Shown: positions 9,906 through 19,887, numbered from the stretch's first letter. The stretch is 32,959 nt of DNA from Octopus bimaculoides (GCF_001194135.2 NC_068998.1:31866429-31899387), one strand, 5' to 3'. Notes: a model not told the origin generated them from the letters alone. Numbers and translations are program-made.

Positions 9906-11715
9906 AGTGCTTTTTCTGAACCAGAATAAAATTCAAGAAGGCTTGTATTTACATAAAAGGTACTTATCTGTGTGGATACAAGGTGCTAACAGCTCAGTTC
10001 TTTTGTTCAAACTGTTACTACCTTGAATCAAAATTCTAAATTTTTTACTCAAAGGTCACAGTGCATCTTTGCTTTGAAACTCCCATTCCTGTGTGGTTAC
10101 ACACTATCTACAATAATCCAGGTAATTTTGTATTCATGAGGACGTGTCTTATACAAGAAACTGTAGTACATTTTCTATTGGGGTTTTGAAATGTTTGATT
10201 AATAGGTTTTATTGACATATGTTTTCATTTGTGGGTGTAAATCTATGTGTGCAAATGTGTATAGATGCATATGTGTATATGTATACATGCATATATATAA
10301 AATTGTGCATATATGTGTGAGTGTACATATGCATATATGTACACTTCTGCACAGGCACATGCAAAATGAACATGAACATATAAATCATTGCTTTTAAAAA
10401 CATTAATTAAAAGTATTATTTTAAAACATTATTTAACAAAGCAATTTCATAACTTTGCTTGGATGGAGTTTAAGACACTTATAATATTACCACAACAACC
10501 AGAAATTAATTTTAAACATGACCATGAAGCAGCAATTCATGCATATGTCATTTACAATGGTCTTCAAACAAAAGGACATGAGGATAAGTATTTTCTTCAA
10601 ACTTTCATTTCATATTTCAAAGCAGGCTTCGTTTATCAGCCAAAGGTTGGGAATGAGTAGCTCTAAATACTAGAAACTTTCCATTATAATTGTGTGTGTG
10701 TGTGTGTGGCACAATTTACATTTCTTTTATATGACTGTATATAATGATGACTGTGGAATTTAAATGAACATGTAGATAATTTATTAGACTGACAAATTTA
10801 AATGTTTTTAGTCTACATCTGCAGCAGGTATTTTGGTGTGTTTGGATAGGTCACATAAATCTACTGAAGCTATTTGGAATGTTAGTTGAACTAGTTAAGA
10901 AGCATATTTCAAGTGAGATTTTTTGATTCTTCTTAACTATATGATACCAGAGTAAAACAATAATTCTGAGATCTTCAGTGTTTTCAGACAAATCTTAAAC
11001 AGCAATATAAATATTTTTTATTATAATGTATGAAGTCTACTTACAGTGTTCATACAGGAGACTGTTAGCATATTAGTTCTGCTGAAGTAAAATAACTGTG
11101 TGCTATTGCTCTTTGTTTTGTGCTGTGTTTGGAATTTAGTCCCTTAAATTTTGTGTATTAACTAAGTCTGTCTTGCCTTTGAATCTGTGGCCATAGCAGA
11201 GTTTAATCATTCTAGAGTGGAAATTACATAAAGGTATAGAACCATATTTTTGACTGTTTAGCTCTCAGGTATAGGTCTGTTTTAGCAGAGCAGCCTGAGG
11301 TTGTTCAACCACAGCTACACCAATAAGTTTAACAAATTAGCAACATATGACGAAACAGTAGGATCTGAGAGCAGTAATGATAGTGTGTGTCAGTAATCAG
11401 TGTCTATAAACAGTTCAAAAGTGGAGTAAATTGGTTTGTAGTTCGGAAAAGTTTTATGGCAAATCAATTTATTACAATTTTATGTGCCAGTAACACATTT
11501 TTTTGTTCTTCAGTAGTGTTATTTGTTAATTGCTTGTGTTGAAAAAGTATAGAAAATGGCTATTTCCTTCAAATTTTGCTTTTGTGACTTAGATAATAAT
11601 ATTTAGAAATTAGTTATCTCCTCTAGGAAAACAGACAAATTTGCATTTTTTCATTCAATTAAGTCAGGAAAGAAACACAACATATTAAGTTTTACAAAAA
11701 AGTTACAAAAGTTTT

Positions 11716-13735
11716 GAAATGAGTCGTTTTTTGAGATTGTAATGTAAGTTCGCTTTCATGTATCAAGCCTAAAATATAGTCTCTGATCATGTTTCACTAT
11801 CTGCTTCTTGGTAGTGACAGTCAAAAGTTCAGCATGTTTTGGTGCAAGCACTAGAGTTGCTTCCCTGAGTTTGTTCTCATGTTGTCCTTGTATTTATCAA
11901 TATATTCTACAACACAATTTACTGTAGTTTTTCACCAGTTCTCAACCACTTCCACATAGCTTCCTGCCTTGTGATTGCCTGTGAGGCCCCAAATCACTGC
12001 AGGAAAACGGTCCCCAGCTGCTTTTTATTTCCAACAGAGCATTCTGGGGAATTCCATAGTTTCAAGGTCCTTTACATCTCTACAACATAAGCACTTGCTT
12101 TGACCTCTGCTTCAGACTGCTTAGAAAAGAAATCTTGTAGATACTTAAACACGGTAGACTACTTATCAAGAGCTGTGTCAAATTGTTTCAATGTAAATAT
12201 AGAAGACTGCCAGTGTATTACTTCAGCTCGAGTTAAAAAACAATTTTATGTGTAATGATGAGAATAACAACTTCCAGGAATCCACAAGTATTTTACAATT
12301 GATGTTGTTGTTCTTCACAAATAATTTGGTCCATTTCAGTTTGTGCCTTTTGTGCCTCTGCTGTCTCAAAGATAGTAGTGAAACTCGGTAAAGCCACCTT
12401 GGAGACTTGTCAAGAATGCCATTATTTTAAGTCTTTGATACTCCATCCGTACTCATCATATTTCAAGGCTTCTAGCAAGCAATGTTCTCTCTAAGGTGTG
12501 CACTTGTGCATGCATGTTCATGATTTACAACTAGTGCGTGCACATGCATGCACCCCCCCCCCCNNNNNNNNNNNNNNNCCCCCACAAAATGTATGCATAC
12601 ACGGTTTCCAAGATGAAATTAATTTTTTCAGTTGAAGATGGTTATTTGCAAACTTTGCAAAGGAAGACAAAATGAGTGTGCAAGTAAATTTTTACACTCA
12701 CTCAAAATAAAATATCGGAGGGAACCTTGCTAAGGAAATAGTAATACTGTTGTATTCTTCACTGAGATGCTCTGAGTTATCAAGGGGAAGAGATGGGTAC
12801 TTTTTCTTATTATGGAGCAGCCTAGCTTTGAGTTTCCTGAATGAGCAGCTAATAGAGAAGTGTCACTCATTTGGGTTACAGGCAATTCTGATTGCTTCAT
12901 TGGTCACATTCTGACAGAAACAAAGTTCAGTTTGATGTGTGAAAAGTATTCAAATGCCCAAGCAGTACTTCCTCTGATTTGTGACTTGTACACTTTCTTC
13001 TAACTTGTTCTACTGCTTAAAATAATGTTAAAATCCCAGCACTGGACTTTGTGAAGCCAATATTTCTGACTAAGTCATTAAAGTTTTGGAGATTGGGTTA
13101 ATATCACTGTCTTTCCTCAGGTGCAACTCTTTAAAAAGCAATCTATATCTATGTATTTCTCCTGTTCCAACTTGCTGTTATCTCTTTCAGAGAGAATGGG
13201 TACAGGGAAATCAGGGCACTGTGACACTGGATGATAGAAGGTCAAGATATATGACAGGAGAGACATTCTTGTTGGCCAAATATTTAGGTCTATCATGCAG
13301 AACTAGCAATTTCTTGAGCAGTCAGTGGTTTTCTGACAAATTCCCAAATCTTCAGACTGTGAACTCTTTCTCTTGATGTTCTGTTTTGAAGATAAATTTA
13401 TTTTAGCTGTGACTAATGTGTAAGGGATTTTTGCAACATATTATATCAGGTATGTGTTTTCTATAATAGAGGAAATTTAAAAAAAAGTTTTAATTCCAAA
13501 TTTTGAAAATTTATCATTTTTATATTATTAAATTTCACTATTCAAGAGACTTTTGCAAAGCTCTCGGGTGAAATGAAATGCATGGAGTTTGTCTTGATTG
13601 TTGACAAGCATGCCAAAATTAGCCTTGTAGACCTCATTCATTTTAGCAGATGTTGCCGTACTACTTTTTCTTGATAAATTGGTCAAATACATGGAAAAAT
13701 GTGTTTATCAAATGCTTCCATCCTCTTGATTCTGT
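11716..13735 (-). pseudogene. Chapaev3-like (CMC superfamily) DNA transposase, decayed, with a probable intron at about 13385-13540
   Basis: Colinear motifs by hand translation: SRGWKH..., SAKMNEVYKANFGMLVNNQDK, PTDCSRNC*FCMID, DLVRNIGFTKSSA, LCFCQNV...LKARLLHN..KYPSLPL, LEALKYDEYGW...LQGGFT, KQFDTALDK..VFKYLQDFF, GNHKAGSYVEVV, DYILGLIHES...KTTHF. Possible terminus GGTCACAATG ending at 14028. Confidence 0.8.
12480..12729. mobile_element. MITE (hAT-like) inserted in the Chapaev3-like ORF
   Basis: Imperfect TIRs CAATGTTCTCTCT / GGAGGGAACCTTG. Transposase homology resumes exactly on both sides. The 8-bp flanks CTAGCAAG / CTAAGGAA are at best a degenerate TSD. Confidence 0.6.
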
Positions 13736-14039
13736 CTATGATGAATATGGATGGGCCTATTTCCATAGGTAGCTAGAACTAAACTGAACTGGTAAACATA
13801 AGGCACCCTACATTTGTATTCTTATCTAGATTCTTGGAAAGTTCTAGAAAATTTTAGAAAGTTCTTGAAAATTGTAAAATGTTTGAGAAAATTATCAGCT
13901 ACTTAGCTAAATCTCTCTGAAATAGTTCTGAAATATCAGTAAATTTCAATATATCATTACCAAGGTTACAGAGACAAAGTTTGAAGAGAATAATAACTAT
14001 CAAATGTTATACACTTCTGGTCACAATGCATTTCTAATT

Positions 14040-14270
14040 CCTTCTAGATTGAACCATTCTTGGCTCAAATTGCTTTACTAAATCGTCTTCCCATTGTCAT
14101 GGAGACTTTCCAAATGGCCTTTTATGATCCCTTGGATACCACTTGGCAAAGTATAGGTTCTCTTGATGTTTGTGAACATTGTGACATGTCTGGCTCATGT
14201 TCTTAATCACCTCTTTTCAGATATGCACTCATATTCCTAGCATGGATTATTCCATAGCACTTTACGTTGT
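14040..14270 (-). mobile_element. RTE-clade LINE 3' ORF fragment
   Basis: AKWYPRDHKRPFGKSP*QWEDDLVKQF, typical of the RTE C-terminal WxPxxxKRxxGRPxxxW motif. Confidence 0.7.
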
Positions 14271-14286
14271 AGTCAATTGATGTTCT

Positions 14287-14332
14287 TATATATATATATA
14301 TATATATATATATCTATATATATATATATATA
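14287..14332. repeat. (TA)n microsatellite at a gap edge
   Basis: Directly visible. Confidence 0.95.
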
Positions 14333-14593
14333 NNNNNNNNNNNNNNNNNNNNNNNNNNNNNNNNNNNNNNNNNNNNNNNNNNNNNNNNNNNNNNNNNNNN
14401 NNNNNNNNNNNNNNNNNNNNNNNNNNNNNNNNNNNNNNNNNNNNNNNNNNNNNNNNNNNNNNNNNNNNNNNNNNNNNNNNNNNNNNNNNNNNNNNNNNNN
14501 NNNNNNNNNNNNNNNNNNNNNNNNNNNNNNNNNNNNNNNNNNNNNNNNNNNNNNNNNNNNNNNNNNNNNNNNNNNNNNNNNNNNNNNNNNNNN

Positions 14594-14630
14594 GTTTCAG
14601 GGTGTTGCCCCTTGTCAATGCAGAGTAGCC
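14594..14630 (-). ncRNA. Type I hammerhead-ribozyme-like motif, 5' half; the rest would lie in the gap
   Basis: Minus strand: ...CTCTGCA TTGACAA GGGG CAACA CCCT GAAAC[gap]. Core UUGACAA against consensus CUGANGA, 4-bp stem II, then GAAAC. Confidence 0.6.
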
Positions 14631-14854
14631 AAGCCTTAGCCAGGCGGCGCTGCTGACTATCTGCTCGAATGTTATTTATCTAATTTCAGTGGAATCTATC
14701 CACTGGTTTTCAGAAATAGAGTTATTAATATTTCTAAGTCTCTCTAAAGGAGACTATGGCAGCGGTACTGGAAATTAATAGTTATCGCCAAGCCAACATG
14801 GCAGTCCCAAAATTAGGACGAAAGCTGCCGTGAATTAGCTCCATATATATGTAT

Positions 14855-14998
14855 ATACATGTGAGAAGGGATGACCACTAAGTGGACATCCTTTACGCTA
14901 GAAATCGACCATCAATGGTCAAACCACTGTTTGACCATTGATGGTCGATTTCTAGCATAAAAGATGTCCACTTAGTGGTCATCCCTTCTCACATGTAT
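14855..14998. repeat. Near-perfect 144-bp palindrome (70-bp arms, 4-nt loop)
   Basis: Arms 14855-14924 and 14929-14998, loop CACT, 2 mismatches (both transitions). Confidence 0.97.
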
Positions 14999-15264
14999 GT
15001 AATATAATTTTTCAGAATTATCTTTGTTAGGCCACTGGTTTTAAATTGGTGTTAATTAAATTAATATCCAATTTATCACCCTTATTATTATTTAAATATA
15101 TATATATATATCCATTGGATTGGACCTCTCTCTCTCTCTCTCTCATACACACACATACTCTCCTTCTTTCTGTATATATTGGAATTTGTTCTCATAATAT
15201 ACATAAAGCTGTATTAACATCTAAATATTGAGTTGAAAAACCTCTTGGATAGAAAAAGTCAAAG

Positions 15265-15332
15265 GCTGCCCGTGGGACTCAAACACATCTCCTGTAGACA
15301 TGACAGGTATTCTACCATTGTACCAAAGCAAT
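15265..15332 (-). pseudogene. Degenerate tRNA or tRNA-derived SINE head
   Basis: ATTGCTT TGGTACAATGGTAGAATA CCTGT-CATGTCT-ACAGG AGATGTG TTTGAGT CCCAC GGGCAGC, then TTTGACTTTTT. The anticodon stem is intact; the loop is non-canonical and the T-stem is shortened. Confidence 0.65.
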
Positions 15333-15654
15333 CCTTTGAGTTTCTCTATCCATTTTAGAAAATCTATTCTTGCCAGTGAGAATTATAGATTATTACATCA
15401 TAAGAATTTATAAACTTCCAAGGCAACATGGAATAATTCTTTCTTGCAATTGGTTCTCAAAGTACATATAAGACTATAGCTTTATAATAGCATATGAATA
15501 TTGGGTTGAAATCTTCTTTCAAAAGGTTATAAATTCTTATAACATCTGCCTGTTGTTAAGGTCATCTCTGCAGATTTTCCATAGAAATTAGTCAGCACTG
15601 ATCTTGTGACAACATCTCATATCCGAGACACCAGATGTAAACAAGCAAGATCGA

Positions 15655-15740
15655 GGATGGAAAAATGGGTAATGGGAGTATATGCCATATTTCAGGAGTT
15701 TTGTTTCTTCATCAGCATCTATCTAACCCATTAATCATCC
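15655..15740 (-). ncRNA. Degenerate type I hammerhead-ribozyme-like motif
   Basis: GGATGATTAATGGGTTAGATAGATG CTGATGA AGAAACAAAACTCCT GAAA TATG G CATA TA CTCCCATTACCCATTTTTCCATCC. The core is complete, stem III is near-palindromic, and stems I and II are eroded. Confidence 0.55.
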
Positions 15741-15809
15741 ACAAACTCATTGCTTAAATAGCCACACCGCAGTATATAGTAGCTATTTAAGCAATGTGTT
15801 TGAGGATGA
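15735..15809. repeat. 28-bp inverted repeat with 19-nt spacer
   Basis: TCATCCACAAACTCATTGCTTAAATAGC (15735-15762) pairs with GCTATTTAAGCAATGTGTTTGAGGATGA (15782-15809), 2 mismatches. Confidence 0.9.
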
Positions 15810-15899
15810 ACATGTGATTTAAGAGCACTGCTAGCACAGTAGTACATGATATTGGCTTATAAAATTGTTTAATATACTTTATAATATATTATGGTTGCA

Positions 15900-16600
15900 T
15901 AATGAAATGCCATAATGAAATGCCATGTTCCTACAAGTCTGTTGTCTCAAGTATTCTGCCCTTGGGAAGATCCTGTGCATGTAAACCTTCTGCAGCACTC
16001 TTTAACTTGTGCTGTCGTCTTCATTGAGTGGTATAACTTCCTCTGCCTAATATCATCCATCGCCATTGCTCTCCGTCTCTCTCTTGTACTCCTCCCCTGT
16101 ATTCTCCCTTCTGTCATTGTGTGCAGAAGCCCTTTTGATCTCATATTATGTCCTATCCGTCTTACATATTTTCTCCAGATGGTATCCATCAAACATCGCT
16201 TCTCTCCTATTCTCCTAAACACCTCTCCATTGCTCATATGATTTGCCCATCAGATCATCTTCATTCATCTCCAGAACTACATTCTATAACTTTCCAGTTT
16301 CCTAGCATCAGCCTTCTTGATTCTGAGCCATAGAAGAGCACACTCCATACTAGGATTTTCACCAGATCCTGCTTCAGGCTTTTGGGTGAGCACCATTTTA
16401 TCTTTGTTGAATTCATTTATGGTCATGGTAATTCTGGCTCTGATTTCCCTCTCAATTCTACCAACCTGCTTTAGTGGGCTTCCAAGTTATTTAGATTGCT
16501 GAATCCACTCTAGTTGATTTCCATTCATATTGCTTTGCAGATTCACTTCTCTGCTCTTTCCAATTTTCATTACTTTGGTTTTCTTCTTTTTATAACATCA
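15900..16600 (-). mobile_element. RTE-clade LINE, 5'-truncated 3' end
   Basis: KKTKVMKI...NGNQLEWI...LGS followed by SNGEVFRRIGEKRCLMDTIWRK...GHNMRSKGLLHTMTEGRIQGRSTRERRR. Ends in a short 13-bp tandem repeat near 15900-15925. Confidence 0.85.
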
Positions 16601-17489
16601 ATAATATACAATACTTGCTGGTAAGAATAAAGTTCCTGAAATAGATAGAGAAACTGAAAGTATTTCTTTGGTCCAATGTAGAATGCCTGTCATGTTTATA
16701 GGAAATGTAAGTTTGAGTGCCACAAATCTAATCATTAGGGTTTTCAACCCTATATATTAACATGCTGTTATTTATATGTACTTTGAGAACTAATTCTATA
16801 AAATGATTATTCCACTTTCTCTCAAAAGTTTATAAATTGTTGTCTGACATCACCTATGTAGCTAAGTGCTTTATAGGTGTGAAACCAATAGTCACTCTCT
16901 GACTGGTCATAACAAACAATCTAAAAACACACGCATGCATGCGCACACACACACACACACACTATCTTTGCTTTAAACACTTGAAATAAAATATTTCTGA
17001 GTCTGAAAGAAAAATTATATCTTAGAAAAGATGAATTTGCAAATAAGAGCGATCTTGAGAAATATTTGCAACAATTATCTTTCAAATTAACCTAATGGAA
17101 GAGCACTGTCTTCAAAATTATCAAAAATATTTCTTGTCACAAACACATTCATCATTTACAGAATACAATAAATATTTTAATAAATTGTTCAATTATCTTT
17201 ATGTCGAACATCTATTAATTCTTATACAATTAATTGATTTTTGTACATCAGTGAATCTGAAATAAATTTAACAAAATTCTCTATTAGCTGCTCAGCACTG
17301 AATCTATCTGAAATATTTTGAAAAATTGCAAATTTGAAGATATCATTACCAAGTGTCGAGGAAATAATAGTATACAGTTTAGGCGATACAGTTAGAAAAG
17401 AACAACACTGAGAAAAAAGAAGGTAACCGTTTTGTTACACAAAATAATTTCACAAACAATATTTCTTTCTTTCTTTCATTTACCTCATT

Positions 17490-17830
17490 TAGTTATTGAT
17501 CTGCAGCCAAGCTAGGACAATGCCTTAAATGATTTTGTTGATTAAATCAAACCCGGAACCTATGTATTCTTTTGGTCGCTTTTTGCTGAAATGCAAAGTT
17601 ACAAGGCTGTCAACCAACAAATATCAGTTGTCAAGTGGTGATAAACACATATATTGCATGCACAAACAAACACATGCACACATAAACACAGACAAGGGGC
17701 TTCTGCATAGCTTCCATTCAAAATCTACTCACAAGATATTTTTTTGGCCAGGGGTTATAGTAGACACTTGCATAAAATACAGCAAAATGGGACAACATAT
17801 AAACATGTGGTTGTAAAGAAAACTCTTTAA
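17490..17830 (-). mobile_element. Two adjacent decayed SINEs: a 5731-related variant at about 17490-17650 and a CORE-like copy at about 17690-17830
   Basis: Minus strand shows CAACCACATGTTT...GCAAGTGTCTACTATAACCCCTGGCC...GAAGCCCC, and separately ACTTTGCATTTCAGCAAAAAGCGACC...GAATACATAGG. Heavily diverged. Confidence 0.6.
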
Positions 17831-17856
17831 ACACACAATCATGTCTGTGTGTAGAC

Positions 17857-18191
17857 TAAAGCTTATTTGCCAACATAACATGGCAGTCCTGGTTTAGGAT
17901 GAATATTGATGTAATTTAGCCCCAGCAGACATTGTCTCCAGTTGACTATACGACATGATGTGTGTCCTTATATTTTCGAACAAGGGCATTTAGCACCTCC
18001 ACTCAGCTCAAAACAATATCTGAGCTGAGTGGGGGTGCTAAATGCCCTTGTTCAAAAATATAAGGACACAGATCATGTTGTATAGTCAGCTAAATTACAG
18101 CAGCATCCATCCTAAACCAGAACTGGAGCTAAATTACATCAGCATCCATCCTAAACCAGAACTGCCATGTTATGTTGGCAAATAATCTTTA
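17857..18191. repeat. 335-bp fold-back inverted duplication with a rearranged right arm
   Basis: Left arm 17857-18010, 10-nt spacer, right arm 18021-18191. About 11 mismatches in about 139 aligned bp. The right arm carries a 39-bp tandem duplication (18088-18164) and lacks about 15 bp. Confidence 0.95.
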
Positions 18192-18195
18192 CTCT

Positions 18196-18300
18196 CCCTT
18201 TGGGGTCGATAAATTAAGTACCAGTTGCATACTGGGGTCGATCTAATCGACTGGCTCCCATCCCCCAAAATTTTGTGCCTTGTGCCTAGAGTAGAAAGAA
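18196..18300 (+). mobile_element. 5'-truncated SINE of the 5731 family
   Basis: CCTTTGGGGTCGATAAATTAAGTACCAGTTGCATACTGGGGTCGATCTAATCGACT. Confidence 0.85.
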
Positions 18301-18966
18301 TAATCTATACTCTAGAGTACTGATGCTAAATATCTTTTGTTCAGAGATTTACAAATAGTAATTTCCTATGCTTGTGTGTGTATATATATATTTATGAATT
18401 TGTATGATTGTGGATAGAAGAATATATTACTCAATGAAATTCCAACTTTGTCTGATATTCACATTTTATTATTTCCAATTTTTCCAAGTTAACAATATTG
18501 AAATAAACTTGTACCTGCATGCATTACACAATCATCAGGTTTATGTAGTGACAGTCATGTTCCACAATTGACAACTTGTCAATTNNNNNNNNNNNNNNNN
18601 NNNNNNNNNNNNNNNNNNNNNNNNNNNNNNNNNNNNNNNNNNNNNNNNNNNNNNNNNNNNNNNNNNNNNNNNNNNNNNNNNNNNNNNNNNNNNNNNNNNN
18701 NNNNNNNNNNNNNNNNNNNNNNNNNNNNNNNNNNNNNNNNNNNNNNNNNNNNNNNNNNNNNNNNNNNNNNNNNNNNNNNNNNNNNNNNNNNNNNNNNNNN
18801 NNNNNNNNNNNNNNNNNNNNNNNNNNNNNNNNNNNNNNNNNNNNNNNNNNNNNNNNNNNNNNNNNNNNNNNNNNNNNNNNNNNNNNNNNNNNNNNNNNNN
18901 NNNNNNNNNNNNNNNNNNNNNNNNNNNNNNNNNNNNNNNNNNNNNNNNNNNNNNNNNNNNNNNNNN

Positions 18967-19260
18967 TGTATGCCTGTATGTATGTATGCCTGTATGTATG
19001 TATGTATGTATGTATGTATGCATGCATGTATGTGTGTGTATGCATGTATGTATGTGTGTGTGCATATGTATATATATATATATATATGTGTGTAAGTTTA
19101 TATGTATGTATGTATACTGCATATTCATGTGTTTGTGTCTGTGTGTTTTTATGTGTGTGTGTGTACCTCTGTCTCCTTGTGTGTGCATGTCTGAGTGTGT
19201 GTGTGTGTGGGGGTTGTGACTATGTGTTGTGTCTGTGTGTATGAATGTGAATCTCCATAT
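18967..19260. repeat. Compound (TATG)n/(TG)n/(TA)n microsatellite
   Basis: Directly visible. Source of the spurious CVCM/HTHT ORFs. Confidence 0.95.
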
Positions 19261-19577
19261 GTGTGGATGTGTGTCTCCATATGTGTCCTTGGGTGAGGTG
19301 AATTGTGTGTGTATATGGCCATGTGTATCAGTCTTTATTTGCGTATGTGTGCTTGTCTGTTCATATTACCTACGTACCTATCTGTCTGTATATCTATCTG
19401 TTTACTTTCATATCCATTTGCCTAAATACATGTGCATATCCATATACATAAACACACACACACACACACAAAGACACACATGCAACTTCATAACAGCCCA
19501 CTAACTATTCTACCTGTATATAAATATAAACAGTGGGTATGGGGGGTATAATTATCTACTATGTATATTTCCTATTT

Positions 19578-19887
19578 GTGAAGACACATGGCTCAGTGAT
19601 CAGAGCATCGAGCTTACAATCGTGAGGTTGTGAATTTGAATCCCGAACCGGGCTGCATGTTGTGTTCTTGAGCAAGACACTTTATTTCATGTTGCCCCAG
19701 TTCACTCAGCTGTAGAAATGAGTTGCGACATCACAGGTGCCAAGCTGTATTGGCCTTTGCCCTTTTACTTGGATAACACTGGTGGCACGGAGAGGGGAAG
19801 CTGGTATGCATGGGTGACTGCTGGTCTTCCATAAACAACCTTGCCTGGACTTGTGCATGGGGGAAGGGTAACTTTCTAGGTACAATC
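19578..19887 (+). mobile_element. tRNA-derived CORE-like SINE running into a gap
   Basis: Head TGGCTCAGTGATCAGAGC...GAATTTGAATCCC. Central TGTGTTCTTGAGCAAGACACTTTATTTCATGTTGCCCCAGTTCACTCAGCTGTAGAAATGAGT. Confidence 0.85.

Noticed and set aside
10388-10660. 90-aa ORF as a host exon
   Set aside because: No recognisable domain, it starts at TTG beside a microsatellite, and there is no splice support.
11285-11396. Short open frame QSSLRLFNHSYTNKFNKLATYDETVGSESSNDSVCQ after a TTTTAG acceptor
   Set aside because: Too short, no homology recognised, and compatible with chance.
14798-14842. Complete hammerhead or HDV-like ribozyme in the GTCC/GGAC-GAAA motif
   Set aside because: CAUGGCA does not match CUGANGA, and I could not place HDV P1/P3. 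Kept only as an unexplained structured motif.
14594-15740. A single retrozyme monomer bounded by the two hammerhead-like motifs
   Set aside because: The motifs are unrelated in sequence and about 1.1 kb apart, with unrelated repeats between them. Retrozyme units have matching ribozymes.
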